Below are positions 12,575 to 24,361 of a DNA stretch of 64,000 bases, one piece after another (positions within the stretch are counted from its first letter, which is position 1; each line of letters begins with the position of its first letter). Under the pieces are notes generated by a model. That model worked only from the letters and a program-made list of their open reading frames with translations, searched no databases and was not told where the DNA came from. This stretch comes from Squalus acanthias (taxonomy: Eukaryota): positions 9,920,001 through 9,984,000 of the forward strand of contig CM059432.1 in assembly GCA_030390025.1 (NCBI GenBank). Reading direction: 5' to 3'. The translations under genes were made by a program, and so were the position numbers.

Positions 12575-14369
12575 GGGCTGGATTTTCCCTACCTCGGCGG
12601 GTCCGTGGCAGGCAATGTCGGTGGTGGGTCCCGACCCCGCTGCTGGCTCCAGCCCGCTGTCCAAAATGATATTCCCCTGATTGGGCTTGTTAAGCCCGCC
12701 CAGCGCGTTTGCCGGCCAATTGGAGGAAGCGGGTCTGATGATGTCATTTGATGACGCATCATCAGCCGATTTCCTTAAAGGGACCATGCGCAAATTTACT
12801 TTGACATTTGTGCTGTCAGTGTTCTACAGCATTGAGGAGCTGCAAACGCTGACAAGCACTGCACAAAGGTGCACAGCTGCACCCAGGCTCTCCCATGACT
12901 CCCTCCATATGCTTATGGAAGGAGTCACAGCACACGGGGAGGTTCTCTTCCCTTCCCATGGGTGGAAGAGACTTCCCCAGGAGATCAACGCAGCCTGGTT
13001 GCACATTGCACAGGAGGGCACAAGCATGGATGTCATAAGGAGGACCAGGCTGCAGTGGTGTAAACCTTTCAATGATCTCAGTAGATCAGGAACTGTTAGT
13101 ATAAAGCCACACTCAACCTCATCCTACTGTGCCACTCATCACATCCCCATCACTCTGCCTTCCCTACCCTACTCCTGCACATCCTTACTCACACCAACTT
13201 ACTTTGCACCTCCACCCATCCCTCTCTATCTACATTATTACTTCCCCATCTCACTAGCCACCCCTCACACTCACCCTCATCCTAGTCCAATCATACCAAC
13301 TAACAACACACAAGGGTAGGCACTTGTGTGTTTTAGCCAATGTTCATGTGAAGTTTCTGTTAATGTGCTGTCAAACATTGAAATCTTTATTTTTAACATC
13401 GTGTGTTCTTGTACAGATTTGTGTGAACATTTGAAAGTGGCTTAGTGAGTTGCAGTGAATGGTGAGACATAACGGTACCCCCCGCAATGGTGACAATGTG
13501 AAAGGAATAGCTTGGGCATTGTAGGGATGCTTTATGGTGCTGGTGTGGGATGGTGCCAACCTGGCACATCATGTGGCAGCCAGGGTGTACAGCGTCAACT
13601 GAAGCAAATCTGGCCTATGGTGAGGTAATCCCTGGCGTCCCGGGCTGCAATGTGGTCGGGCACTGATGCCGTGTGTCCTGTGCAGCATCAGGTGATTGCG
13701 GAGAAGGTTGGTGTTATTGTTGGTGCTGCTGGTGTGCCTGGTGCTGCTGGTGTTGGGGCTGATCATGTTCAGATTCTGAGGACCAAGGTGAGATAGTTTA
13801 ATGGGCACTGATGCTGATGTACTAGATGGCAGGTGAACTTGAGAGGACAGAAGCGATCTGTCAATGGTGAGAGAGGTTGTTCCAATGAGGCGACACTGGA
13901 TAGAGAATTTACTCCAAACACTTGCAACCTGCATAAAGCTCAATCCGTCTTCCAAATGCAGTAAGCAACAGCTTCTGAGCTTGGAAAGTGAACAGCTGTG
14001 AGATGGGAGCTTTTATAGATCATTTGTAGCTGTCAAGTAATGAGATGATTCCATGGACATCCAACTCCTGACCAGCTTACCTGACGTGATCCCCGAGCAG
14101 CGTGGACCCCGTGGGCGACCTTGTCAAATGTAAAGCTGAGCTCAAAATAGTTCATAATGGGCTGTTAACAAGGTCATAATGAGTTGAATTGCCTCCCCCA
14201 CCGCTGCGTGTCAGGTCCGCTCAGCACTGACAGACCCGACATCTGGGAAAGGCGTGTGGCGGTGCGTTGACAGCAGCGTCCCAACCCGCGGTCAAAACAT
14301 TTTTTTCCCACCTGACCCGCCACCGATTGCGCCCGCTGACCCCCCCCCCCACCCCGAAAAATTCCCCCC
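12575..14369 (+). mobile_element. Internally deleted PIF/Harbinger transposon (1.8 kb)
   Basis: TIRs GGGCTGGATTTTCC / GAAAAATTCCCCCC; exact TSD AAC (12572-12574/14370-14372); Myb/SANT-like remnant inside. Confidence 0.85.
12870..13091 (+). pseudogene. Degenerate Harbinger Myb/SANT-like DNA-binding protein exon
   Basis: APRLSHDSLHMLMEGVTAHGEVLFP...INAAWLHIAQE...RRTRLQWCKPFNDL resembles the Harbinger ORF2 Myb-like domain; second copy on the minus strand near 15690-15900. Confidence 0.7.
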
Positions 14370-16040
14370 AACGTTTCAGGTCTGTGACCTTTCATCAGAT
14401 ATAAGTTCCTGCTATATGTTTCTTTATTTTATGTGGATATATTGTTTCTTGTTTAATTGTACAGGCAAAACAAAGGTTCTGTTTTTAATTAGCATTGAAT
14501 CACTGGCCGGAATTTTCCAGGATGCCAGCAGGCGCTATCGGTGGCGGGTCAGTTGGGAACCCGCTGTCAGCCTGCCGACACGCGCCTTTCCCAATGTCGG
14601 GTCTGCCGACGCTGAGCAGACCCGACCAGCAGTGGCGGGGGACCTCATTAAAATGATTAGCATCTAGTTGCCAGACGCTCAACAGCCTTTTTTCACCTAC
14701 CTTTTCTCTTCAACTTCATGCAGACACATGCTGTCAAGCTGAGGCGTGAGTTCATTGGCCATTGCTCCAGCTGATTACTTGCTTCAAATGTACAGTAAAA
14801 GCTCCCACCAGACTGATATTCACTTTCCTCAGGCAGAAGCTGTTTCTCACTCCATTTCCAGCACACATTCTGCAGGCTTTCCACTTCCCACTCTCCAACC
14901 ACTCTCACCTCATTGGAAGAACTCTCTCACCATTGATTGAATGCTTCTGTCATCTCTACCTCACCTGCCATCTATTCCATCAACATGGGTGCCTTTTATA
15001 CTCTCTCACCTTGGTCTTCAGAATCCCACCACGATCAGCCCCAACACCAGCAGCACCAACAACAACACTAACCTTCTCCGCAATCAACTGGTGCTGCACA
15101 GGACACAGGGCATTAGCACCCGACCACATTGCTGCCCAGGAGGCCATGGATGGCCTCACCATGGCAAGATTTCTTCGCTTGATGCTGCACACCCTGGCTG
15201 CCACATAATGCGCCGGGTTGGCACCACCCACACCAGCACCATAAAGCATCTCTACAATGCCCAAGCCATTCCTTTCACACTCATCACCATTGCGGGGGGT
15301 TCCGTTATGTCTCACCATTCACTGCAACTCACTAAGCCACTTCCAAAGGTGCACACAAATCTGTCCAAGAACGCAATGTGTTGAAAATAAAGATCTCAAT
15401 GTTTGACAGCACATTCACAGAAACTTTACAGGAACATTGCATAAAACACCCACGTGCCTACCCTTGTGTGGTGTTAGTTGGTATGGTTGCACTAGGATGA
15501 GGGTGAGTGTGAGGGGTGGCTAGTGAGATGGGGAAGTGATAATGTAGATAGAGAGGGATGGGTGGAGGTGCAAGATAAGTTGGTGTGAGTAAAGATGTGC
15601 AGGAGTAGGGTAGGGAAGGCAGAGTGATGGGGATGTGATGAGTGGCACAGCAGGATGAGGTTGAGTGTGGCTTGGCAGTAACGTTTTGTGATCTACTGAG
15701 ATCATTGAAAGGTTTGTGGCACTGCACCCAGGTCCTCCTGATGACATCCCTGCTTGTGTCCTCCTCTGCAATCTTCAAATAGGCTGTGTTGATCTCCTGT
15801 GTTGATCTCCTGGGGATGTCTCTTCCGCTCATGCTGTGACTCCTTCCATAAGCATATGGAGGGAGTCATGGGAGAGCCTGGGTGCAGCCCTGCACCTCTG
15901 TGCAGTGTTTGCAGCACCTCAATGCTGTAGAACACTGACAGCACAAATGTCAAAATAAATGTGGCCATGATGCGGAGATGCCAGTGTTGGACTGGGGTGG
16001 ACAAAAATGAGAAGTCGCACAACACCAGGTTATAGTCCAA

Positions 16041-16934
16041 GGGGGAAAAATTCAGTTGGTTGCGCCTCCCGTTAGCGCCTTAAGAGGGCGCTAATGGGGC
16101 GCAAATCATCTAGCGCCCAGGCGCGGCGATGTTTGCGCCACTCGCGAAATTAACTAGACACTTTGTGGCGGCGCTAAACACTACCGCCACGATCTCCTAC
16201 ACCGACAGATCGTGACGTCAGTCGAGTGCGCAACGCCCCAGTATCGCCCCGGAGCGGATATTGAGTGGCGCCCCCTGCCTTACCGCCTGACGCTAGCAAC
16301 GACATGTTGAGGGGAGCGTTTTGCAGTCATGAAGGGACTGGGGTAGCGCTATTTAAATGCAACCGCCTCCTGCCTTTTATTGTTGGTGCCATTTTTGAAA
16401 CACGCATTCTGAGAGAGAGGGAGAGAGTCATCTGGAGAGATTCAACGCTGTGTGAAGGCGTTTTGGGTACTGAGCAGCACTTTGCAGGTTCATTTTGATT
16501 TGCCATTCCTTGTATCGATTTAGAAGAGACTGTGGGGGCTGCACTCTGAGCTCTTTCCCTGGTACTCTCCATTGTTCTTTCCAGCAGATTTGATGTGCAG
16601 GTCTCTCCAGGCCGAGATTCAAGGCTGCAATGAGCAGGATGTGGATGGAAAGCAAGATCAACCATCCCCTTTAAGAACTGGCCCGTGCCATTGTGTGTGT
16701 GTTCCGTTGCTGACTGACATCACATGAGCTTCGCCAGCGCTCTGAGGTAGCGCCTCGCTCCTCGGCCTTTGCGCCTTAAGACAGGTGTGAAGTGCCTGAT
16801 TTAGCGCTCCAATCACCTCCAGGGGCGATAAAAGTCAAGTTTGCAGTCGGTGGCGATAATTAGCGCCAGGCGCTAATCTTTGCGCCCAGGCCGATGATTG
16901 CGCCCCAAATGGGGCGATACTGAATTTCTCCCCC
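16041..16934. mobile_element. ~890-bp Harbinger-like MITE
   Basis: TIRs GGGGGAAAAATT / AATTTCTCCCCC; exact TSD CAA; copies at 45018-45910 (inverted) and 63155-63964. Confidence 0.85.
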
Positions 16935-16952
16935 CAACAGTTTTATTTGAAA

Positions 16953-16989
16953 TCACGAGCTTTCGGAGCGCTGCTCCTTCGTCAGGTAA
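16953..16989 (-). ncRNA. Minimal type I hammerhead ribozyme (Penelope-associated)
   Basis: TTAC-CTGACGA-A-GGAGC-AGC-GCTCC-GAAAG-CTC-GTGA: intact CUGANGA/GAAA core, stem I and II pairing, palindromic AGCT in place of stem III. Confidence 0.75.
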
Positions 16990-17674
16990 AGTGAAGGAAT
17001 ACAAATCAGCAAAGCATATATAGACAGAGAACAATGTGTAGCGTACAATGTCAGACGACTACAGTAAATCTTTCTGACTGCCCTCCATCACACCTCGGCA
17101 GAGAGACAATCAGGCCAGTCAGGAAGGCATTACATCAAAGACACAGCAAAATACAGCTAAGACAATGAGGTGGGGTCACAGGGGGTCCAACGTGTCAAAT
17201 GCTGCAGTCTGTATGGTTAAGCTTTTTACTTTTTTTTAAATAAATGTGGCCATGGCCCCTTTAAGGAAACTGGCTGATGACGCGTCATCAAATGACGTCA
17301 CCAGACCCGCTTCCTATTAATTGGGCCGGGTAATGCGCTGGGCATGCTTAACAAGCCCTATCAACAGCAAGTCATTTTACACAATGGGATGGAGTCGGCA
17401 GCAGGGTCGGGACCCACCACCGACATCGCCTGCCATGGATCCGCCGAGGTAAGGAAAACCGCGGCCTCTGTAACTGTATCGAATTTGCGTTCCGCAGAAG
17501 AATGATACAAACCAAGTCCTTATAAAGTTTACATTTGTTCTTAAGGTGAAGTTGAGGACTGGGTTAGCAAATGAGAAGCAATGATGGCAGAGTTAGGCAT
17601 CAGTTTCGGTAAAGGTCAAATATATCTTTCAAACATTCTCAGGATGCCACTGCTGTGTCCCATGGACAGGTACG

Positions 17675-17862
17675 GCCCTGAATTTCATGGGGTTAGTCCC
17701 AGTTGTAACTTTGCCGTAACTTTGGTGGGAGATTGACAGTGCCCCTGGCGAAACGGTGTACTTGACATCTTCAACTATTTGCGTTATTTCTCTGAGGGTT
17801 CCTCTAATCTCCCGCCAACGTTACATCAGGAAATAGAATAAAACGCCCATGGAATTTCAGGG
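17675..17862. mobile_element. Short MITE
   Basis: Inverted ends CCCTGAATTTCATGGG / CCCATGGAATTTCAGGG; related fragments near 3990, 10945 and 28500. Confidence 0.5.
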
Positions 17863-18671
17863 AAATCGACTGAAGGATCAATTTCACCAAGTACTCTGCA
17901 ATCAAATAATCAGGGTGCTTGAACTGGTCACAATGACGCCCCCATTACATGTTCGACGTTTCTAACCCGTGCACTTTGTGAGTGTGTGTAATTGAAGGCA
18001 GATAAATAGAAAGAAAAAGACAGAAATTTACCTACAGTTAAATGTAATTATTGAATCTATTAGAACCTCATTAGATTTATTATTATTTCATGCTGAAAGC
18101 AGCACTTGATATGTTTTCCCTTAGCCCCAAACCAATTTTTTGGAGTTGTCAGACTGATCTAAATTCAGCCTACATGGTTTGAACCAAAATCTGCTTTACA
18201 ATGAGGTAGAGCATTTCATTAACTAGCTTTCATTTTCTACCAGCTTTCAAAAAAAAATATACTCAACTATACAGGGAACAAAAAGTGGAAAGGTTCGTGA
18301 ATTATAGAAGGGCTGGCGATGACCTTGCTGCTGACAACACAATATTCGGGGGCCGGTAATGCTGCTGCCTATTGCGCACCAACGCTCCACACTTTAGGGA
18401 CACTGTGGCCTCAGTAGCTGCGGAGCAGTGCGGAGCATCATCTGCCCCAGAAACTGACAAAGGTTGCCTCTTCCTTCGTGTTAGGTTTATGCTTTTTAAA
18501 ATGGCCCGATTTGTTTGGTTTTGCTCTGAGTGACAGATGTATCCATTTTGCTGTTTAGCAGTTGCTACACATTTCAGGTCTGCACTCGACATTCTCGCAG
18601 TTTCAGTCTCCCAGATAGGCTTGTATTGAGGTTTTTAAGGATTTTGAACTGAGACGGTAGATAGAGAGAAA

Positions 18672-19528
18672 GGGCTGGATTTTACCAGCCCTGAGGAGGT
18701 GGGTCTGGAGGCGGGACTGCTGGGAAAATCAAAAAGAATGGGAGCGGGTCCCGAACTCGCTCCCAACCCGCCTCCAACCAATCTTCCCCGGAGTCGGGTC
18801 CCCAATTTGCGCAGGGACCCGACTCCTAGCGGCGGGAAGAGGATTACAGCCACTTAACTGCCTGTTAACAGGTAGTTAACAGGCAGTTAAGAGGCTTTTT
18901 CCCATTTTGAGACTTCTGCTGCGGGCTTCCCGACGTCGGGGAACCCCACCAGGGTAAGTGAGGCGTGCTATGGGTTTGTTGCAATGTTTGTGCATCAATG
19001 ACAGCTGCAGAAGTGGTGTGAAGGATCCAATGGGACACTGGTGAGTATCAGAGGTAAGGAAATGTTGGGATAGTCATTTTTAATGTGTTTAGATTTTTCT
19101 GTCGGTGACAAGCTTTGAAGTGTTTGTGTTGGTTCACCTCATTGGGAGAAGTGACAGATGGCTTCTGTACCCTCACCTGCAGCTGCTATCTGTTTTATCC
19201 TAAGGCGAGAGTCATTGGAGTGCCTGGGTGCAAGGGCTCGTCTTTCTACAGTGATTGTCAGTGTTTGACAGCACCTCAATGCTGTCAAATCATCTGTCAA
19301 AAATAAATGGTTCATGTCCCTTTAAGAAGACCGGCAGATGAAGCGTCATCAACTGACGTCATCTGACACCCACTTGCCCTTAACTGGCCAGCAAGCCCGC
19401 AGGGCGGGCTTCACAAGGCCAATCAGGGGAAAATAGTGTCTGTGCGTCGGACATCGCTAGGGGCGGGACTAGAACCCAGAAGGCAGCAGTCCCGCCCCCA
19501 ACTCATCTTGGCAGGTAAAATCCAGCCC
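18672..19528. mobile_element. Non-autonomous Harbinger-like element (857 bp)
   Basis: Perfect TIRs GGGCTGGATTTTACC / GGTAAAATCCAGCCC; exact TSD AAA. Confidence 0.9.
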
Positions 19529-20056
19529 AAAGTGTTTTCGCTGGTAGGGGGAGTCTAGGACAAGGGGACATAACCTTAAAATCAGAGCCAGGCCCATTCA
19601 GGAGAGAAGTGGCAATTACCGGACAGTCAGCTTAACATCGGTGGCGGGGAAGCTTTTAGAAACAATAATCCGGGAGAAAATTGGACAAGCATGGATTAAT
19701 AAACGAAAGCCAGCACGGATTTGTTAAGGCCAAATCATGTTTGACTAACTTGATTGAGTGTTTTGATGAGGTAACAGAGAGGGTGGATGAGGGCAGTGCA
19801 GTTGATGTTGTGTATATGGACTTTCAAAAGGCGTTGAATAAAGTTCCACATACTAGGCTTGTTAGTAGAATTGAAGCCCATGGTATAAAGGGGGCAGTAG
19901 TAGCATCAGTAATGCCAACTCTCACGAATTAACCGCGAGACACATGTTTTTTAATGAAAATTTACGATCTCGCGATTCAACTCTGAAAAGTCATGATTTT
20001 TTCCTACTTTATTAATCTCCACCACCTCAGCTCCGGAAAAAAAAAGTCTCCAGACT

Positions 20057-20360
20057 GCCGCCTACCGCCCCGCCCCTACACTACATCCGCCCTCTCATTG
20101 GTGGAATGATGTCATCCCTCCCTGTCAATCATTGAGCTAACAAATGGGATCAGATTGAGGGCAGTCATAAGATTGGCGCATGCGTAGTCGGAGATCAGGG
20201 ATTGTCACCGGAAGTTATTTGATTGACATCATTCTTACCCAATAGACAATTGCGTTGTCAACAATGGCATTAGAAGTGCAATCAGAGAAAGGCTGAGGCG
20301 GGGATTCACCGTCGAATTGTATCAATCCTTTTCAGCAACACGCTCCAATGTAAGGTATGA
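20057..20360 (+). promoter_or_regulatory. Transposon-borne TATA-less promoter-like motif cluster
   Basis: GC boxes 20065-20076 and 20087; CCAAT boxes 20097, 20172 and 20239; NRF1-like GCGCATGCG 20176; ETS ACCGGAAGT 20207; donor AAG|GTATGA near 20355. Confidence 0.5.
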
Positions 20361-20693
20361 CAATAGGCCAGGTAGGAGGTGTGCAGACAATTCCTGTGTC
20401 TTCCTGCTATGTTTTGATGGTATTTTTATTCTGAATTAAGTGACAATGGCCTGGAATTTGGGGTCAGCGGCGATCTCTGTGGCGAGAAGTTTGCCTTTTT
20501 TTTGACGGGTTGAGTGATTTTAGTGCAATATAGTGGGGAATCCCTAACGCGATCTGCTGTCACATCAACAAGCGGTCTAAGCAGCCAATCACATTGCAGA
20601 ATTCTCACAGACAGGGAAGCAGGAAATGAGAACCTGCTTTTATCCCGACTTTTAAAAAATGTTACGGAGAGCAAAACAAAGATTGGGGCTGTT

Positions 20694-21135
20694 GTGTCAG
20701 CTGTGGCTCAGTGGGTAGCACCCTCACCTCTGAGTCAGAAGGTTGTGGGTTCAAGTCCCACTTCCAGGGACTTGAGCACATAAAGCTAGGCTGACACTCC
20801 AGTGTACTGAGGGAATGCTGCACTGTTGGAAGGTGCCGTCTTTCGGATGAGACGTTAAACCGAGGCCCCGTCTGCTCTCTCAGGTGCATGTAGAAAATCC
20901 CATGGCACTATTTCTGGCCAATATTTATCCCTCAACCAACATAACAAAAACAGATTATCTGGTCATTATCACATTGCTGTTTGTGGGAGCTTGCTTGTGC
21001 GCGAATTGGCTGCCGCGTTTCCCACATTACAACAGTGACTACACTTCAAAGGTACTTCATTGGCTGTAAAGTGCTTTGAGACGTCCGGTGGTCGTGAAAG
21101 GCGCTATATAAATGCAAATCTTTCTTTCTTTCTCT
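20694..21135 (+). mobile_element. SacSINE1-like SINE nested in a Harbinger-like element starting at 20448
   Basis: Complete head and tail. Confidence 0.85.
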
Positions 21136-22357
21136 CAGATGAGAAAAAGGTAGAACATGAAATATCATGAACAAACTTTAAAAAAATGTTTTTAAAGTTT
21201 CTTAAAAATTGTAATTTTTATCATAATGGAGAAATTTGATGCTGCACAAAATTAAAATTAGTTTTTCAGGGCTATAACCTTTGTTTAACAGTCAATACAC
21301 TGTTAAAACCCCAGTTATACCTAATCCAACAAGGCCTAACATTTAATGGGGGATTTAACAGCGATATTACCGCGGAAAAGCCCAAGTTTTTGTCGGTTTC
21401 ACTGATTACACTGATTGCCGGCTATTGCGGGGGTGGGGGGGGAGAGGGGGGTGGGTGATGTGGGGAGGTGCCACAGCTCAGCCAGTGTCGGAGCAGTGAA
21501 TGACTGACCAGTACTTCAGCATTTCCGCGTTAAGATGAGCAAGCGCTAAATCCTGAAGACGCGGTCGGTTTCAATGGGGTAATAACGGCGAACGCTGATA
21601 GCGTTGAAAAGTAAGCTGAACAGTGCACGGTAGTTGGTGTTTAATTCAGTTGCTAGTTAAATTTGAATGAACGTTTCTCTTCCCTTAACTCTGACAGAAA
21701 GCTCTGTCTTCATTTCTTACCCGTGCAGAAAGTCGCATCTCTAATATTTGCTGACTAAAAATAAAATCACTAAACCTACTTGGGGGAGAAAATCACTGCA
21801 AGAGCTGGACGCCTGAAATAAAATAGATCGGAGGAGATTGATGTGATTTTACAGTGTTTAAAATTATGAAGGCGATTGGAGAGAATAGGTGGAAACAGAC
21901 TGTTTTCTGTGATTGAAGGGTCCAGATTAGAAAAAAACATCATCTGCACGCTCGGGGCGAGCTGCTGACACTGGTCACGCCTCCACGGGCAGCTTGCTCG
22001 AGCAAAGACATCAATGCCAGCACCAGCCCTCAGGCAGGTCCCAGGAGGGGTCTTGGAGCAGCCGATGGTGGGGGGCCGGGGGTGCGGAGTGCATGATTGT
22101 AACTCCTGTCTCCATGGGAAGGTGTTCTCGATTTTGTTTTGCAAAACTTCCCTTTGGTTGGCAGCGGCAGGGACTGCACTGCGCGGTGGTTGTGTTGGGC
22201 GACAGGTGAGGGGGCGGTGATAACGGGCAGGATTTAAAAAAAAAAAAATTGTAAAGCATTTTCAGATGCAGTAATATAGTTTTTGTAAAGAGCTGTGGCC
22301 TGTTAGAGATTAAATAAAGCCACTAATGAGCTTTATAAAACAACTGTCAATCTATAA

Positions 22358-22700
22358 TAACAACAGAAAACGCTGGAAACACTCAGCAGGCCAGGCAGCA
22401 TCCGTGGAGAGAGAAACAGAGTTAACGTTTCAGGTCTGGGACCCTTTGTCAGAACTGGAAAAAGCTGGAGATGTAACAGATTTTAAGCAGGTGCAGAGAC
22501 CGGGGGGGGGGTGGGAGGGGAGGAAGGAATTGAAGGTATATACTGTGCTTATGTAAGAGGCAGGAATGTTGCAAATGGGGATGGCAAAATCATACAGCAT
22601 GAAAAATGGGGGCAGGGGTTATAGTTTGAAATTGTTGAACTCAATCTTGAGTCCAGAAGGCTGTAAAGTGCCGAATCGAAAGATGAGTTGGTTTATGCTT
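22358..22700 (-). mobile_element. Penelope-like fragment (family 1) with an uninterrupted but mutated hammerhead
   Basis: Minus strand AGTT-CTGACAA-AGGGTC-CCA-GACCT-GAAAC-GTT-AACT (22455-22420); core G8 replaced by A. Confidence 0.7.
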
Positions 22701-22740
22701 GGAAAAAAATAGCAACTGATGATTTCTGTACCAAATTCAT

Positions 22741-23428
22741 GGGGCCGGATTTTGCGACCCGCATGGGCGCGTACGAGGTGTGTACGCACCCGTGGGGGCC
22801 GCGGAAGTGCCGGTTTCAGGCATGCCCAGGAGAAGGGCCTCCGCGGGCAGAGAGTTCCGCTTTCTGCAGAATCTCCGCCCGCTGAAAACCTTTAAAAACC
22901 TTACGCCCGGTAAAAGCAGTAGGCGTAAGGCCTGCTTTTACCAGCATAAGAGTTTAAAAAAAAAAGTTTCACTCGTTTATAATTTTTAAATACTTTTTAA
23001 AAAAAAAGTTTATTTTTAGCCCGTAAAAAACTTTATTTTTTCAAAAAATAAAATTTTTGTTTAAAATATTTAACTTAATGTAATTTTAACTAATTTTAAA
23101 TAGGTGATTTAAAAAAAAATTACTTAATGTTTAACTGTGTTTTTAAATGTGATCCCCATTCATACTTTTGACAGATCTGTGCGTAGAGACCTGTCAAAAG
23201 TATGAAGGGGGATTCCCTTCTCCCATTGGTTCCCCGTGGCCCACGTGATCCCAGGCACGCTTGCGAACCGCACGTGCCCCTGGGATACCTGGGCCTCTGC
23301 GCATTTCGTAGAGCAGAGGCCCAGGATTGGAAGTCTCGGGACCTATGGAGCCAGCAGGTAAGTGCATAGATTTTTTCCCGATCGGAGGCATCTGCCCACA
23401 GGAAGCCTCCGAATCGGAAATTCAGGGA
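22741..23428. mobile_element. Harbinger-like MITE with AT-rich centre
   Basis: TIRs GGGGCCGGATTTT / AAATTCAGGG; flanks CAT/GAT; inverted relative at 60681-61421. Confidence 0.7.
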
Positions 23429-24361
23429 GATGATTTTTCAGAGTTTGTCTCCTGATTTATGAGGCGGTGGGGTTGGCAATACTGCAGCATAGATACAAAA
23501 TTGGCTAAGGGATAGAAAACAGAGAGTTGTGGTGAATAGCTATTTTTCAGACTGGAGGGAGGTATACAGTGGCGTTTCCCCCAAGGTTGAGTACTAGGAC
23601 CACTGCTCATTTTTGATATACATAAATTACTTGGACTTGGGGGTACAGGGCACAATTTCAAAATCTGCAGATGGCACGAAACTTGGAAGTGTAGTAAACA
23701 GTGAGGAGGATAGTGATAGACTTCAAGCAGTCATAGACAGGCTGGTGAAATGGGCGGACACATGGCAGATGAAATCCAACTCAGAAAAGTGTGAGGATTT
23801 GGTAGGAAGAATGAGGAGAGACAATACATGCTAAATGGTACAATTTTGAAGGGGGTGCAAGAACTGCAAACTTTGCCCATTTGATATGGGCCTACCTCAT
23901 TCTACGCATCAGCCTTACTGAACTGACTGTCACTAAAACCTCTCTGCTTCTTTCTCTGACTTGACCAAACTAGAAACTGCTGCAGAAACAAACTCTCTGT
24001 CACAGAGAGAGAGAGAAAGAGTGGAAGCTGATAGCTTAACATTGGCTCCACCCTCAGTTCTCTGTGTTGACGACTGACTGGCTGAGCTGCCAATCAAAAG
24101 CTAACACCTTGAATGAGCAACCTCTTCACTTAGCATGGGAGCCATGGGAATGGCATTGCATGGTTAGGTAGGACCCCTGCTGTTCCCAATGAATGAAACA
24201 AATTCAACACGATGGCTGCAGTCTAGTATGGAATGTGCTATCATCCTCCTATCATCACCAACGGACATGGTATTGCAAATATACACAGTTTGGTTCATTA
24301 TTTCATGTGGTACACAGCAAATGGAAGCTAATAAACCTGCTGTGTGCTTCTGGGAGTTAAA

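Larger units (their letters stand above)
12492..14399 (-). mobile_element. Penelope-like 3' fragment with hammerhead core, split by a Harbinger-like insertion
   Basis: Minus strand CTGATGA-A-AGGTC-ACA-GACCT-GAAAC-GTT (14398-14370), continuing GTTAACTCTGTTTCTCTC from 12574 downward. Confidence 0.75.
15970..17237 (-). mobile_element. Penelope-like element (family 2) inserted in the Harbinger
   Basis: 17-bp TSD AAATAAATGTGGCCATG (15953-15969/17238-17254); hammerhead at 16953-16989; homologous to 52965-53238. Confidence 0.75.
14505..17466 (-). mobile_element. Second Harbinger copy of the same family, inverted, with nested insertions
   Basis: Right end is the reverse complement of the 12575 left end; TIRs GGCCGGAATTTTCC / GGAAAACCGCGGCC; flanks ACT/TCT. 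Confidence 0.85.
19907..23484. mobile_element. 3.6-kb non-autonomous DNA transposon with 6-bp TSD (superfamily unassigned)
   Basis: TIRs CAGTAATGCCAAC / GTTGGCAATACTG; TSD TAGCAT/CAGCAT; host CR1 rejoins across it; subterminal AACTCTGAAAA.TCAT at both ends. Confidence 0.8.
18626..23868 (+). mobile_element. CR1 fragments (3' piece joined to an RT piece) interrupted by two DNA transposons
   Basis: ORF 19681..19932 (SQHGFVKAKSCLTNLIE...VVYMDFQKA); RT sequence resumes at 23485 and includes ORF 23613..23834. Confidence 0.8.

Noticed and set aside
12681..13319. 212-aa ORF as a domesticated MSANTD/NAIF1-like gene
   Set aside because: Lies between TIRs with a TSD, has degenerate Myb residues and reads into low-complexity sequence
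20694..20770. tRNA genes at SINE heads (also 6850-6925, 32420-32490, 42254-42345)
   Set aside because: The A/B boxes run directly into SINE bodies, so these are tRNA-derived heads
21721..21812. Two minus-strand micro-exon candidates (QILEMRLSAR; ASSSCSDFLPQ)
   Set aside because: Only 29 nt apart, too short for an intron; inside a DNA transposon; no recognisable protein
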